Shown: piece after piece, positions 54,981-55,340 of the stretch
Layout: each line of letters starts with the position of its first letter
Numbering within the stretch: the stretch's first letter is position 1
From: an uncultured Helicobacteraceae bacterium
GTDB lineage: Bacteria; Campylobacterota; Campylobacteria; Campylobacterales; UBA6016
Direction: 5' to 3'
Length of the DNA stretch: 55,340 nucleotides
Assembly (NCBI GenBank): GCA_937973585.1
Contig: CALJKN010000221.1
Span: 1-55,340 of the forward strand
Position numbers and translations under genes: made by a program
Notes under the pieces: generated by a model
Databases searched by the model: none
What the model was told of the DNA's origin: nothing
Seen by the model: the letters and a program-made list of their open reading frames with translations, nothing else

Positions 54981-55340
54981 GTGGCGGACGTGATAAATCA
55001 GGTTTTTTCTATTTCACAGACAGAAAATATGATTCTTGCAAGAATAAACGGCAAGGATTTGGCCTATACAGATTACGTGAAGGGGTATGTCCAAAAAAAC
55101 TTTAAATTTTTTATCTATCTGCAGGAGTCTATACTAGTTTTCCCAAAAAGCGAAGATATCGGCAAACGGAGGTTCTTTCTCTCCTGTCTTCAAAATAACT
55201 TCAATAAAGCAATTTCAGGCAATGAAAAAAGTTTTGATTTTAATCTTGACCTCCCATTTTTTATAGAGTTTGCCGAATCTAAAGAGTTTTCCGGTAGCTC
55301 AAAGGTATTGGTAAAGTGCCATAGGGAGAATGTTAGATCG
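54981..55340 (+). CDS. Hypothetical protein, 3'-truncated by the window edge
   Basis: The frame is open from GTG 54981 (alternative ATG at 55029) to the last base of the window. No motif recognised. Not in the ORF track because it has no stop. Confidence 0.35.
   Translation, partial: MADVINQVFSISQTENMILARINGKDLAYTDYVKGYVQKNFKFFIYLQESILVFPKSEDIGKRRFFLSCLQNNFNKAISGNEKSFDFNLDLPFFIEFAESKEFSGSSKVLVKCHRENVRS

Overview
This window looks like core chromosome of a Campylobacterota (epsilonproteobacterial) organism. The taxon is inferred from gene content and synteny only; no search was run. Almost all genes are on the + strand.

Gene order, left to right:
- A heavy-metal RND efflux operon (OMF, adaptor, CzcA/CusA pump, small P-II-like ORF) coupled to an OmpR-type response regulator and a histidine kinase (1-7015).
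- A 1.28-kb accessory insert carrying an MqsR/MqsA toxin-antitoxin pair, bounded by perfect 39-bp direct repeats that duplicate the kinase/ybgC junction (7014-8370).
- Housekeeping genes: ybgC, leuD, leuB, two small ORFs, cca, purU, ilvE, an SPFH protein and hisIE.
- The conserved translation/transcription supercluster: tRNA-Thr/Tyr/Gly/Thr, tuf, rpmG, tRNA-Trp, secE, nusG, rplKAJL, rpoB, rpoC (separate genes), rpsL, rpsG, fusA (16.2-33.3 kb).
- A respiratory block: a Tat-signal type II sulfide:quinone oxidoreductase, ccoG coupled to a Cys-less SQR-like flavoprotein, exbBD on the minus strand, and ccoNOQP followed by four small membrane/FixH-like accessory ORFs.
- alr, a C-N hydrolase, a large orphan Cache/PAS histidine kinase and a DUF465 protein.
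- A tightly packed minus-strand operon (tlpA-like, ftsY, radA, CPA2 antiporter).
- A 5-formyl-THF cyclo-ligase, rny and a 3'-truncated ORF.

I found no CRISPR array, transposase, integrase or recognisable defence system.

The observations most worth a second look are:
- the repeat-bounded MqsRA cassette, with its internal motif repeats and apparently leaderless toxin gene;
- a cca gene whose catalytic N-terminus has no start codon and is in frame with the upstream ORF across a single TAA;
- the ccoG-flavoprotein pairing.

All motif alignments were done by eye and nothing was searched against databases.
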